Of a stretch of 64,000 nt of DNA, positions 37,375 to 46,989 are shown piece by piece. The notes beneath the pieces are model-generated. The model saw only the letters and a list, made by a program, of their open reading frames with translations, did no database searches and was not told where the DNA came from. Origin of the DNA: Acidobacteriota bacterium (lineage in GTDB: Bacteria > Acidobacteriota > Blastocatellia > Chloracidobacteriales > Chloracidobacteriaceae); contig JACQXX010000072.1 of assembly GCA_016208495.1 (NCBI GenBank), positions 1 to 64,000 on the forward strand, read 5' to 3'. A program made the translations under genes and the position numbers. The first letter of the stretch is position 1. Each line of letters begins with the position of its first letter.

Positions 37375-38655
37375 TTAGGCGTAAATTCCACGCATCTTGG
37401 TTTCATAGGCTACACGGTCAATGGCGAGCATGTAGGCTGCGATGCGCATGTTGACGTTGCGTTCTTCAGAGAAGCGCACAACTTCGTGGAACGAATCCAC
37501 CATCGTGTCACGGAGTCGTTCGTTGACGACGTCTTCTTTCCAGAAGAAACCCATCCGGTTTTGCACCCATTCAAAGTAGGAAACCGTTACACCACCAGCG
37601 TTGGCCAGAATATCCGGAATCACAAACACACCATTGCTTTGCAGAATGTCATCAGCGGCAGCGGTCGTCGGACCGTTGGCGCCTTCGGCCATAATGCGGC
37701 ATTTGATGCGGTTGGCATTTTTGGAGGTAATCTGATTTTCAGTCGCAGCGGGCATCAACACGTCGCATTCGAGTTCGAGCAGGTCGCTATTTGACACAAT
37801 CTCGCCACCGCCAAACCCTTCAAACGTCCGGTGCTGTTTCAGATAGTCAAGCGCCGCATTGACATCCAACCCGTTCGGGTTATAGATGCCGCCTTTGATT
37901 TCAGACAGTGCTGTGACCTTAAAGCCTTTTTCCTGAAGCAATTGGGCACCGATTCCGCCGACGTTTCCAGACCCTTGAACCACCACTCGAGTGTCTTCGG
38001 GTTTGAGCTTGAACTTTTTGCAGGCTTCTTCGATCACAAAGAGCAACCCACGGCCAGTCGCTTCGCGGCGACCTTTGGACCCACCCAGTTCGATTGGTTT
38101 TCCAGTGACCACGGCATTGACGGTGTGGCGGGCGTGCATGGAGTAGGTATCCATCAACCAGGCCATGACCTGTTCGTTGGTATTCATATCCGGTGCCGGA
38201 ACATCACGTTCCGGACCAATGATATCAATGAGTTCCGACGTGAACCGGCGGGTCATCCGTTCGAGTTCGGTCAGTGACATTTTGGATGGATCACAAATCA
38301 CGCCGCCTTTCCCACCACCAAACGGGACGTTGACCACGGCGCATTTCCAGGTCATCCACGCTGCCAGTGCGCGAACTTCGTCCAGCGAGACATCGGGGGC
38401 AAAGCGGATACCGCCTTTGGCTGGTCCACGGGCAAAATTGTGCTGAACGCGATAGCCGACGAAAACTTCATAATGGCCATCATCCATCATTGTTGGAATA
38501 TAGACCGTCATTTCGCGGTTCGGGCACCGCAAGATGCGATAGATATTCGGATCCAGATCGAGCAGTTTGGCCGCAACGTCAAACCGTGACATCATCGATT
38601 CAAACGGATTGGCTTCCTTTATATTTTTTGCGTCGTCTACAAAAGGACTGGGCAT
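37375..38655 (-). CDS. gdhA: NAD(P)-specific glutamate dehydrogenase
   Basis: It has the Glu/Leu/Phe/Val dehydrogenase signature (K)GGxRFxP...VPFGGGKGG and the C-terminal Rossmann domain GSGNVG. The start is at MPSPF, with AAGGAGG 7 nt upstream. Confidence 0.9.
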   Translation of the reverse strand: MPSPFVDDAKNIKEANPFESMMSRFDVAAKLLDLDPNIYRILRCPNREMTVYIPTMMDDGHYEVFVGYRVQHNFARGPAKGGIRFAPDVSLDEVRALAAWMTWKCAVVNVPFGGGKGGVICDPSKMSLTELERMTRRFTSELIDIIGPERDVPAPDMNTNEQVMAWLMDTYSMHARHTVNAVVTGKPIELGGSKGRREATGRGLLFVIEEACKKFKLKPEDTRVVVQGSGNVGGIGAQLLQEKGFKVTALSEIKGGIYNPNGLDVNAALDYLKQHRTFEGFGGGEIVSNSDLLELECDVLMPAATENQITSKNANRIKCRIMAEGANGPTTAAADDILQSNGVFVIPDILANAGGVTVSYFEWVQNRMGFFWKEDVVNERLRDTMVDSFHEVVRFSEERNVNMRIAAYMLAIDRVAYETKMRGIYA

Positions 38656-38833
38656 GGGGTTCCTCCTTGGGTTCAAAACCAAGAAATCAGAATGAATAAA
38701 ATGGTGAAAAGAGCGTGCTGTCTCGGCAGACAACAGGTGAGCAAAAACAAAGAGCAGCGTGAGGTGTGAATGATGAAAAACCCTGGACCAATTGAGGGTT
38801 CCTCATCATCCAGGGTGATTTTGAGATCGTTCA

Positions 38834-39736
38834 TCAATCACTTTTCAGGCAGGGGGCCGGTGACTGGCTCCCCGGTAGGGTCACGGATGTATTCAGGGCG
38901 CCAGAGCGAAACCCTTCCAAATCGAGGGCAATATAGAGAAATCCAAGTGGCTTGAGTGCCGCTACCAGTTGCTGGGCCATCACTGGATCAAGTGCCCGAG
39001 GCAGTTCGGTTGGACTGATTTCAATGCGGGCGATGTCGCCATGATGACGCAGTCGAAAAATGGAAAATCCAAGCTGACGGATGGCACGTTCGCCACGCTC
39101 AATGGCCGAAAGTTTCTGGATCGTGACCGGCATGCCATAGGGAATCCGCGACGAAAGGCAGGGGGAGGCAGGTTTTTCAGCCGTCGGCAACTTCCAGACC
39201 CGCGAGCGCTCACGGATTTCAGCTTTGGTCAGGCCAACTTCAATCAACGGGCTACGCACCCCTAGTTCACGTCCAGCCTGCATTCCAGGTCGGTAATCGC
39301 CGGTATCATCGGCATTATTGCCATCACAAATGGTTGTGAAATCCTGCTGACGGGCAATCTCAAGCAAGTGGGTAAATAACTCATTTTTACAGAAATAGCA
39401 CCGATTGACCGGGTTGGAACGGTATGGCTCGCGCTCCATTTCCTGGGTGTGGATCCAGTGATGGTTGAGCTTCCACTCGGCAACCATCCGGTTAATTTCC
39501 TGATGCTGGTCCTGAGGGAAACTCGGGCTGATGGCCGTCACCGACAGGGCCCGGTCACCGAGTTCCTGATGGGCAATAAAACTCAAATAGCTGCTGTCCA
39601 CACCGCCGGAAAACGCAATCAGAACTGGAGCATGGTTGGCAAACCAGTTTCGCAGTTGGTGTTCTTTGGTTTCAGCGGATGATAAAAGTGGGGAAGCCTC
39701 CAAAGTGGACCGCTCACCCAGGGCAGCCATGCTCAT
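38834..39736 (-). CDS. PP-loop superfamily ATP pyrophosphatase, LarE-like (ATP-dependent sulfur transferase family TIGR00268)
   Basis: It has the PP-loop SGGVDSS and conserved Cys in CYFCK. At ~300 aa it fits the LarE/ThiI-like N-type ATPase family. The start is ambiguous between MSMAALG and an upstream ATG. Confidence 0.6.
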   Translation of the reverse strand: MSMAALGERSTLEASPLLSSAETKEHQLRNWFANHAPVLIAFSGGVDSSYLSFIAHQELGDRALSVTAISPSFPQDQHQEINRMVAEWKLNHHWIHTQEMEREPYRSNPVNRCYFCKNELFTHLLEIARQQDFTTICDGNNADDTGDYRPGMQAGRELGVRSPLIEVGLTKAEIRERSRVWKLPTAEKPASPCLSSRIPYGMPVTIQKLSAIERGERAIRQLGFSIFRLRHHGDIARIEISPTELPRALDPVMAQQLVAALKPLGFLYIALDLEGFRSGALNTSVTLPGSQSPAPCLKSD

Positions 39737-40188
39737 AGGGAAGATAAAACCCGTCGGTTGATGTGAGTCGTGATTGAATGTGAAAAAACGTGAGAAACTT
39801 TTTGAAACTGCAAACGCCTGCTGGAAAGCGCCGCCATCATACTGCAAGGGGTGCGGCAAGGCAAGCCTTGGCTTGGCGCAAATTGGCACTAACTTGCACA
39901 ACCTGAGTTGCTTAGAAGGTTACCCCTGTGTATGATGGATGATCAGGATCATCCTCGCTGCAGCAACCTGTTACTGCGATTTCACATCACAAGGTGCTGA
40001 AAATCTGCAGCAAGTACCTGAAAAGTTCCAGCAAACAGATCGTTTCGCCTCGCATTCACCTGGAAAAAGTTGCAACCATATGTAACTCGCCACGTTTGTG
40101 AGGCATCTCATCCTCATAGAATAGCCTGCTCGACGGAGGATTTTTGGCTGTGCAAGACATTAACCATCTCAATAACTCACTCAATCCA

Positions 40189-41343
40189 ATGAATAATTCA
40201 ATTGAACCACCGAGCTTTTCTGGACTTTCGGAGGAATCGCTGGTCACGCGATTTTTCGGGATTGTTTCATCCAGCGCCAGGGAATTTGCGGCTGACCCAG
40301 GTGGGTTTGTGCGCGGCATTTTTGTTTCGACATACAATGAAGGCGCGTTTGGCGGTGTCCGTTCCGAATCCCTCTTCAAGCGGCTTCCTCGCGAAATCAA
40401 ACAAAACGCCCGTGACTTTTCTCAGAATCCAGCAGGTTATGTGAAATCCGTCGTCACCATGACGGATCGCGAAGGACAACGGTTTGAGTTGGTGATGTGG
40501 TGTATGGCGGCGGCATTTTTCGCCTTTACCGCCACATTCGGTCTGTTTTTTGTGTTGCCGCGACTGTTGTTTCCAACCCCGGAAAATCTCTCGGTCCTTC
40601 GACCTGATGAACAAGTAATCTTCACTGTTCCGTTGCCGGAAGCTCAACCCAAGGTCAAGCCTGACACCAAACCGCTGGGTGCCGGATTTGGCGCCAAAAA
40701 GCCAGGTGGTGGTGGTGGCGGCGGTGGAAAAAATGAACCAACGCCGGCTTCAAAGGGAAGACTCCCTGAATTTGCCTTAAAAGAACCGATTATTGATCCT
40801 TCTCCAACCAAACAGGTCAAAAATCCGGAATACCAGATTCCAATGAACGTGATGGCCAACCCGGCCCAAATGCCAAAGCAGGACCTGGCACTTGATGTTG
40901 TCGGTGACCCAACCAGCAACATCACCGCACCTTCGAGCGGCACCGGCACGGGTGGCGGGATTGGCAATGGCAGTGGTCGTGGAATCGGTTCCGGTCAAGG
41001 GTCCGGCGCCGGTCCTGGGAAAGGCGGTGGGTATGGTGGTGGAGAACCCGGCGGCGGACTCGGTGGCGGCGCCCCAGACACTCGGCCACAGATCATTTCG
41101 CAATCAAAGCCGAAATACACCGAAGAAGCTCGTCAGAATAAGATCGTCGGCAAAGTGGTATTGTCGGTCGAGTTTCGGGCTGATGGTTCAATCGGCAATG
41201 TTCGAGTCGTCCGCAGTCTGGGCTATGGATTAGATGAAAATGCAATTGCGGCTGCCCGATTGATTCGTTTCCGCCCGGCAATGAAGGGTGGTTCCCCAGT
41301 TACTTTTACCTCACGAGTTGAGTTCAGCTTCAATTTGATTTAG
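40189..41343 (+). CDS. TonB-family energy-transducer-like protein with Gly/Pro-rich spacer and TonB-C domain
   Basis: It has a single TM (VMWCMAAAFFAFTATFGLFFVLP), an extended P/G-rich segment and the C-terminal KPKYTEEARQNKIVGKVVLSVEFRADGSIGNVRVVRSLGYGLDENAIAAARLIRFRPA TonB_C fold. The start is uncertain; TTG 40144 or ATG 40189. Confidence 0.7.
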   Translation: MNNSIEPPSFSGLSEESLVTRFFGIVSSSAREFAADPGGFVRGIFVSTYNEGAFGGVRSESLFKRLPREIKQNARDFSQNPAGYVKSVVTMTDREGQRFELVMWCMAAAFFAFTATFGLFFVLPRLLFPTPENLSVLRPDEQVIFTVPLPEAQPKVKPDTKPLGAGFGAKKPGGGGGGGGKNEPTPASKGRLPEFALKEPIIDPSPTKQVKNPEYQIPMNVMANPAQMPKQDLALDVVGDPTSNITAPSSGTGTGGGIGNGSGRGIGSGQGSGAGPGKGGGYGGGEPGGGLGGGAPDTRPQIISQSKPKYTEEARQNKIVGKVVLSVEFRADGSIGNVRVVRSLGYGLDENAIAAARLIRFRPAMKGGSPVTFTSRVEFSFNLI

Positions 41344-41367
41344 CACCGACTCAAATTTCACTTTCCG

Positions 41368-41408
41368 AAAGAGCACCGAATCGAATAGATTCGGTGCTCT
41401 TTTGTTTT
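41368..41408 (+). terminator. Rho-independent terminator
   Basis: A 13-bp stem AGAGCACCGAATC / GATTCGGTGCTCT with loop GAATA, followed by TTTTGTTTT. Confidence 0.85.
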
Positions 41409-41513
41409 GGGGTTGGGGCAGTAAAAAAAGACAAAAGGACGCAAGGGACAAAAAGGACATAAATTCAAAACCCTGAACCCTGAACCCTGAACCCTGATTT
41501 CAGGAGATTTCCT

Positions 41514-42563
41514 ATGCGAAAACGAGTGTATGTGGTCTATACCGGCGGAACGATTGGCATGCGCAAGACGGAAAATGGCTATGCCCCCGCATCTGGCTAT
41601 CTGAAAGAGCAAATGTTGAATTCACCCGTGTTGCGCAATCCGGCCATGCCTGAATACACAATTCACGAGTATGACCAGCTCCTTGATTCAGCCAACATGA
41701 CGCCGGATGACTGGCTGAAAATTGCTGAAGACATTGCCGCGCATCACGATGAATATGATGGCTTTGTGGTGTTGCACGGAACGGACACGATGGCGTACAC
41801 GGCATCGGCGCTGCCGTTTATGCTGCAAGGGCTGCGCAAACCCGTCATTCTCACCGGGTCGCAAATTCCGCTCTGCGAAGTCCGCAATGATGCCCGTGAT
41901 AATCTGATCACCAGTTTAATTCTGGCGGGAAACTACCAGATTCCAGAGGTTTGTCTGTACTTTGGCAACAAACTGTTTCGCGGCTGTCGGTCAGTCAAGG
42001 TCAACGCTGATGGATTACAGGCATTTGCTTCGCCCAACTTTCCACCACTTGGAACCGCAGGCATTGAAATCGAAATTGCCTGGAATCTGGTGCTTGAACC
42101 GCCACCGGAAAACGTTCCGCTCCGGGTTCATCCGATTGTCCATCCGCCATTTGTCGGTGCCGTGCGACTCTTTCCAGGAATTTCAGCAGAAATCATGCAC
42201 AACATTTTGCAGCCGCCACTCAGAGGACTTGTCCTCGAAGCCTATGGCGTAGGCAATGGTCCGGACCGCAATGAAGATTTTATTGCCACATTGAAAGAAG
42301 CTTCTGACCGGGGGGTGGTGATCATCGGCTGTACCCAGTGTTTGCTTGGCAGAGTCAGCCTGGGAAGTTATGCGACTGGAGCTTCGATGGCACGGGCCGG
42401 AGTGGTGAGTGGATTTGATATGACCCCCGAAGCCGCACTGGCCAAGATGTTTCATCTGTTCAGCATGGGGCTGCCGCCGTCGGTCGTGAAACTCCAGATG
42501 CAACGCAATTTACGCGGGGAAATCACTGAGCCGGGGTTTTCAACTGCCACGGGAAGACTGTAA
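41514..42563 (+). CDS. ansA: L-asparaginase, type I (cytoplasmic) family
   Basis: It has the N-terminal catalytic motif VYTGGTIGM and HGTDTMAYTASAL, with no signal peptide. CAGGAG lies 7 nt upstream. Confidence 0.9.
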   Translation: MRKRVYVVYTGGTIGMRKTENGYAPASGYLKEQMLNSPVLRNPAMPEYTIHEYDQLLDSANMTPDDWLKIAEDIAAHHDEYDGFVVLHGTDTMAYTASALPFMLQGLRKPVILTGSQIPLCEVRNDARDNLITSLILAGNYQIPEVCLYFGNKLFRGCRSVKVNADGLQAFASPNFPPLGTAGIEIEIAWNLVLEPPPENVPLRVHPIVHPPFVGAVRLFPGISAEIMHNILQPPLRGLVLEAYGVGNGPDRNEDFIATLKEASDRGVVIIGCTQCLLGRVSLGSYATGASMARAGVVSGFDMTPEAALAKMFHLFSMGLPPSVVKLQMQRNLRGEITEPGFSTATGRL

Positions 42564-42628
42564 AAAGAACGAGTGGCGAGTAGTCTGACTACTCGCTATC
42601 TCGCTATCTCGCTACTCACTCTTCTGTG

Positions 42629-43438
42629 CTACTCTGGCGGGTCATACCCGGCCAGCAGGTTGTACCAGCCTTTGGTCATATGGTCAAAATCAGAGATCAG
42701 TTGCGCGCGGAGCAGGGAAAGTTCGGGGATTTCGGCGGCTCGCGCGCGTCCGCGACGCCGGGCCGCCTCAGAAGGGTTTTGGAGTGGGAGTGGCGGTGGA
42801 TATCCTTCGGCAATCGAGTCAAAAATGTACCAGCCCTGGGCACTGTCAGAATCCGCGCCGTAAAACATGCCATATTCGCCGTTGAGCGGGTCATAGACGA
42901 CAGCGATTTGCCAGGGCATTCCAAACACTTTGCGTTGGGTAGCCCGATCCGTCCCAGACATAAACACGCCAAACCCTGGATGGGTGTGATACCAGCCAAC
43001 CACACGTAATTGCACTTCCTTGCCTTGTTCCTGAGCCCGGTTTTGCAGCCGTTCGATGTGTTGTGAAACGGCCATCAAGTCATCAGCTCCCATTTCAACG
43101 TGAGTTGGGCCGGCGGTGGCTTCCTGAGCCGGAATCGCATCAATAATAGTGGTATAAGTGACTTCGCGGTCGTTTTCCTTCCACGAATACACATTGCCGA
43201 CCAGGATTCCACCGCATTCATTTTCACCCATAAATGCTCTGACGAGTGAAGCCTCTTCGGATTGAGTCTGGGGAAGAGCCATATCAGGTGGCGCGGCCAT
43301 CAGGATTTTTTCTTCGGCCTGACGGGCCAGGTAAATCCTCAGTCCGGCTGGATCGGGCTGTCCAAGGGTTTCAAGAACGTGCGGCAGTGGACGTTCCAGA
43401 GGCTTTACGTCACGAACTTTTTTGATTACGAAGGTCAT
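42629..43438 (-). CDS. JAB/MPN+/JAMM-family zinc metallopeptidase (deubiquitinase-like)
   Basis: It has the complete JAMM motif: E in ENECGGILVG, then HTHPGFGVFMSGTD (HxHx7Sx2D). It is 269 aa and lies immediately downstream of the E2-like gene on the same strand. Confidence 0.8.
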   Translation of the reverse strand: MTFVIKKVRDVKPLERPLPHVLETLGQPDPAGLRIYLARQAEEKILMAAPPDMALPQTQSEEASLVRAFMGENECGGILVGNVYSWKENDREVTYTTIIDAIPAQEATAGPTHVEMGADDLMAVSQHIERLQNRAQEQGKEVQLRVVGWYHTHPGFGVFMSGTDRATQRKVFGMPWQIAVVYDPLNGEYGMFYGADSDSAQGWYIFDSIAEGYPPPLPLQNPSEAARRRGRARAAEIPELSLLRAQLISDFDHMTKGWYNLLAGYDPPE

Positions 43439-43510
43439 AGTCAGGGTTCAGGGTTCAGGGTTCAGGGTTCAGGGTTCAGTGAACAGGCAATTTGACAAGG
43501 TTTCTGATTC
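43439..43510. repeat. (GGGTTCA)x5 array in the 72-nt spacer between the E2-like and JAB genes
   Basis: Direct reading. Confidence 0.9.
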
Positions 43511-44068
43511 CTAGCGATTGCGGATTCGGAACCGCCCGCCTGGCCCGCCGCTGTCTTGCTGGGTGTTGACCCGTTTGATGACAAACGTGTGGGATGGCTG
43601 TTCACCAGGGGTTGGGAGCAACGCCTGGTCGCTCGGGAACAGCGTCGGGTTGGCGTAAAACCAGTCAGCGGCTTTGTAGTTGGCAATGCTATATGGATCA
43701 ACAATTTGCGGGTCAAATTGAAAAATACGCGCCAGTTTGATCACAAATGAAGCCAGCCCTTCGCGGAAATCCCAGCTTCCGATACACACCTTGCCGTCCG
43801 GCCATACGTGCGGATGAAAAATCGGCGTCATCTCGTGCATCATCACAATTGGTTTTTCAAACGGATGTTGTGGGGAAAGAATGATCCGGATCCGATGTTC
43901 GTCCCGAGTGGTTGTCGGGCTGACATAACACCGAATCTTAAAGGTAATGATGTATTCGGTTGGCGGAATATCATTGCCTTGCCAGTGAATGACTGGACCG
44001 CGAATGGTTTTCATTTCTTCGAAATCAGCCGCGAGGCGGGCCATGCGCACATCGTCAGGGGTTCCCAT
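43511..44068 (-). CDS. Ubiquitin-conjugating enzyme (UBC/E2)-fold protein, eukaryote-like
   Basis: The 185-aa protein aligns by eye to canonical E2s: HWQGNDIPP (HWQATI), HPFEKPIV (YPFKPPKV), IFHPHVWPDGKVCIGSW (IYHPNINSNGSICLDIL, catalytic Cys) and DPQIVDP (DPNPDDP). The RBS GAGGAAG is 7 nt upstream. Confidence 0.8.
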   Translation of the reverse strand: MGTPDDVRMARLAADFEEMKTIRGPVIHWQGNDIPPTEYIITFKIRCYVSPTTTRDEHRIRIILSPQHPFEKPIVMMHEMTPIFHPHVWPDGKVCIGSWDFREGLASFVIKLARIFQFDPQIVDPYSIANYKAADWFYANPTLFPSDQALLPTPGEQPSHTFVIKRVNTQQDSGGPGGRFRIRNR

Positions 44069-44485
44069 GTTGACTTCCTCTTGCTCTTAAACTGTGGTGG
44101 ATATCGTGTTTGTGTTCAGGGGCACTGTAAATTCAAATTACACCAAAACCTGGCTAAAAACACAAAAAGTTTGTTTTGCAAAAAAATGGATCGAAATTCT
44201 GACCGTGGAACTGATGAAACGCTACAACCAATTTCTTTTCAATACCATACCAGTACTGAGACACTGGCGGAGGCTTTTGGGTTCCACCCGCTGGAGCGAA
44301 ATTTCCGGCATCCGGCATAGGAGAGCCTGTGCAAGATCAACTAAAGTGCTGCAAATAAAGAATGAAGAATGAAGAATGAAGAAACGCTAAATAGTTCTTA
44401 TTCAATAGAATAGAATCGGAAACCACTGCTCGAATCATTTTTCAACGCCTGTCTTCAAATCAATTTTCTTCCATCAAAAAGTGCC

Positions 44486-45289
44486 ATGCCTCACTCATCC
44501 GAATCAACCAATAAAGCCGCAAACCCGCTCGAAGCCGAAGGACAACAGCGAGCCAGACGTGTCCAGCAGATGTTTTCCGAAATCGCACCCCGCTATGACC
44601 TGCTCAACCATCTGCTTTCAATGAATATTGATAAGCGCTGGCGACGCTTTACCGTGCGCAAACTGCAGGATGTCCTTGATCAGCCTGGAGCGACCGCGCT
44701 TGATATTTGTTGTGGGACCGGCGATTTGTCGCTCGAACTTGGTCAGAAAGTGCCCACCATCGGCGTTGATTTTTGCCATCCGATGCTGGTGATTGGGCTT
44801 GAAAAAGTGCGCAAGACCGGGTTGCCGGTTCGCTTATGTGCCGGTGATGCTTTGAACCTGCCGTTTCAGGATGCCCGGTTCGATGCCGTCACCAATGCGT
44901 TCGGCCTTCGAAACGTGACCGATGTCGAACGTGGACTGGCCGAAGTATACCGCGTCCTCAAACCTGGAGGCCGGGCCGCCATTCTGGAGTTTTCTCGTCC
45001 AATTCTCCCAGGGTTTCGTGAAGCCTTTCAATGGTACTTTAACCACGTTTTGCCCCGCATTGGCGGTATGATTTCGGGCTCCAGTATGGCGTATACCTAC
45101 CTGCCGACTTCGGTGAAAAGCTTCCCTGATCAAAAACAACTGGCTGACCTGATGCGCAAAGTCGGGTTTACCGACGTCAAATATCATAACCTTTCAGGCG
45201 GTATTGCTGCCCTGCATTTGGGAAACAAGCCGAAGAATGAAGAATTGAGAATGAAGAATGAAGAATTGAGAATGAAGAATGAAGAATGA
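44486..45289 (+). CDS. ubiE: Demethylmenaquinone/ubiquinone C-methyltransferase UbiE/MenG
   Basis: It has the class I SAM-MTase motif LDICCGTGDLS and UbiE-specific N-terminal and C-terminal blocks (FSEIAPRYDLLN, RVLKPGGR). The last ~17 codons (KNEELRMKNEELRMKNEE) are encoded by the GAAGAATGAA tandem array, so the true stop is uncertain. Confidence 0.85.
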   Translation: MPHSSESTNKAANPLEAEGQQRARRVQQMFSEIAPRYDLLNHLLSMNIDKRWRRFTVRKLQDVLDQPGATALDICCGTGDLSLELGQKVPTIGVDFCHPMLVIGLEKVRKTGLPVRLCAGDALNLPFQDARFDAVTNAFGLRNVTDVERGLAEVYRVLKPGGRAAILEFSRPILPGFREAFQWYFNHVLPRIGGMISGSSMAYTYLPTSVKSFPDQKQLADLMRKVGFTDVKYHNLSGGIAALHLGNKPKNEELRMKNEELRMKNEE

Positions 45290-45470
45290 AGAAATAAACT
45301 GGTGCTTGGTTCTTAGTGCCTGGTTTCGAAAACCCGGAACCCGGAACCCGGAACCCGGAACCCGGAACCCGGAACCCGGAACCCGGAACCCGGAACCCGG
45401 AACCCGGAACCCGGAACCCGGAACCCGGAACCCGGTGTATTCTTCATTCTTCATTCCCACACCGTCCGTT
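45226..45470. repeat. Nested inverted repeat: (GAAGAATGAA/GAATTGAGAAT)n ... (GGAACCCG)x14 ... TTCATTCTTCATTC
   Basis: Direct reading. The octamer array spans 45322-45435. Confidence 0.9.
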
Positions 45471-45723
45471 TCCGTACACTCCCGTACATTTGCGTACGCC
45501 TTCGGCCTGTCAAATGTCGGTTATCCTGCCTGAAATCAATCGTTGAAGTTCGGAAATAATCTTATTTAAGGTCAGTACTCTGATTATTTCAATAGAGTAA
45601 ACTATTGGAAAAATTGGGTTTCCCTGAACCCTGAGCCCTAAGCCCCAGCCCAAAATGTGTTGATGTCCAGTTGTGGTCTCTCGCTTGCACTCAGTCAGGT
45701 GCGAAAGTGAGGAGACCACATCA

Positions 45724-46968
45724 ATGGACCGTCAAATCAGTCAATCAACCAAAATCAAAAGAACGCTCTGGCGGAGTTTTTCGGTAATTCTCGTCCTTGG
45801 AGCGGCAATGGCGGCTCTGGCATACGGGCCACGGCTGCTCAAGCCCACGATTAGACGGGCCGATTTTCGCACCGCACGCGTCGAAGCCGGTCCGATTGAA
45901 GCGACGATCAATTCCACCGGGGTGGTGGTGCCCGATTTTGAACAGGTCATTTCCAGCCCGGTGAATGGTCGGATTTTGCGGGTGTTAAAACGCCCAGGTG
46001 ATCCGGTCCGGCGGGGTGATGCCATTCTGGAACTGGATGTCAGCGAGGCCACGCTGGCGCTTGAAAAACTCAAACAGCAAATTGACCTCAAACAGAATCA
46101 GCAAGCCAAAGCCAGACTGGACCTGCAGAACACCCTCAACACGCTCCGCAGCCAGTGGGAAATCAAAAATCTTGATTATGAAGCCGCAAAAGCTTCGACG
46201 GGACGCAACCGGAAGTTGAAGGAACTGGGGTTGCTCTCTGCCGAACAGCTTCACGAAGCAGAAATTCGGGAAGAAAAAATCGCCTTCGAACTCAAACAAC
46301 TCTCCGCCGCCCAGCAAAACGCTGAAGCCTCAACCACGACCCAGCTTGAAGGGCTGGACCTGGAAATGAAGTCGCTCCTCAACGAGCAGGCTGATATGGA
46401 ACGCCAGCTTGAACTGGCGACGACCAAGGCTGACCGGGATGGCGTGCTGACCTGGGTGATTACCGAGACAGGGACTTCGGTATTGAAAGGTGCGTTACTC
46501 GCTCGAATTGCCGATCTGAGTTCGTTTCGGGTGGATGCCACCGTGTCAGATATCCATTCCCGCCGACTTTCCACTGGTTTGCCCGTGACGATCAAAATCA
46601 ATGACGAATTGCTTTCTGGAACCGTGTCAGTGATTAACCCAACGATCAAAGATGGAGTGATGACGGTTGGAATCGCGCTGGTTGAAAAATCGAGCCCGCT
46701 GCTGAAATCAAATTTGCGCGTGGATGTGCTCATCGTGACTGACCGCAAAAGTCAGTCTTTAAAAATAAGAAAAGGGGTCTTTGCCGCGACAGATGGCATT
46801 GATCACGTTTTTGTCGTTCGCGGAGACCGACTGGTGAAACATCAGGTCAAGTTCGGAATCTCGGGCTTTGACACCCTCGAAGTGCTGTCCGGCCTGGTCG
46901 AGGGCGATGAAGTCGTGATTTCCGATATGAAGGAGTACCAGCACATGCGTGACATCCAGATTCGGTAG
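45724..46968 (+). CDS. HlyD-family periplasmic adaptor (membrane fusion protein) of a MacAB-type ABC efflux system
   Basis: It has an N-terminal TM anchor, a biotinyl/lipoyl-like hairpin (GDPVRRGDAILELD), a long coiled-coil and a C-terminal beta-barrel. The start is at MDRQISQ. Confidence 0.8.
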   Translation: MDRQISQSTKIKRTLWRSFSVILVLGAAMAALAYGPRLLKPTIRRADFRTARVEAGPIEATINSTGVVVPDFEQVISSPVNGRILRVLKRPGDPVRRGDAILELDVSEATLALEKLKQQIDLKQNQQAKARLDLQNTLNTLRSQWEIKNLDYEAAKASTGRNRKLKELGLLSAEQLHEAEIREEKIAFELKQLSAAQQNAEASTTTQLEGLDLEMKSLLNEQADMERQLELATTKADRDGVLTWVITETGTSVLKGALLARIADLSSFRVDATVSDIHSRRLSTGLPVTIKINDELLSGTVSVINPTIKDGVMTVGIALVEKSSPLLKSNLRVDVLIVTDRKSQSLKIRKGVFAATDGIDHVFVVRGDRLVKHQVKFGISGFDTLEVLSGLVEGDEVVISDMKEYQHMRDIQIR

Positions 46969-46989
46969 CCGCCACTGGTATCTCATAGT

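Noticed and set aside
42564-42628. Terminator between convergent ansA and JAB genes
   Set aside because: An 8-bp hairpin (GCGAGTAG/CTACTCGC) exists, but it is part of the AGTAGCGAGT repeat array and lacks a U-tract. It is not called as a discrete terminator.
43808-44320. 170-aa plus-strand ORF overlapping the E2-like gene, and the 92-aa ORF 44094-44372 considered as a possible ubiquitin-like partner
   Set aside because: The first is antisense to a well-supported gene. The second starts with GTG, has no beta-grasp-like pattern or C-terminal Gly-Gly and runs into the GAAGAATGAA array.
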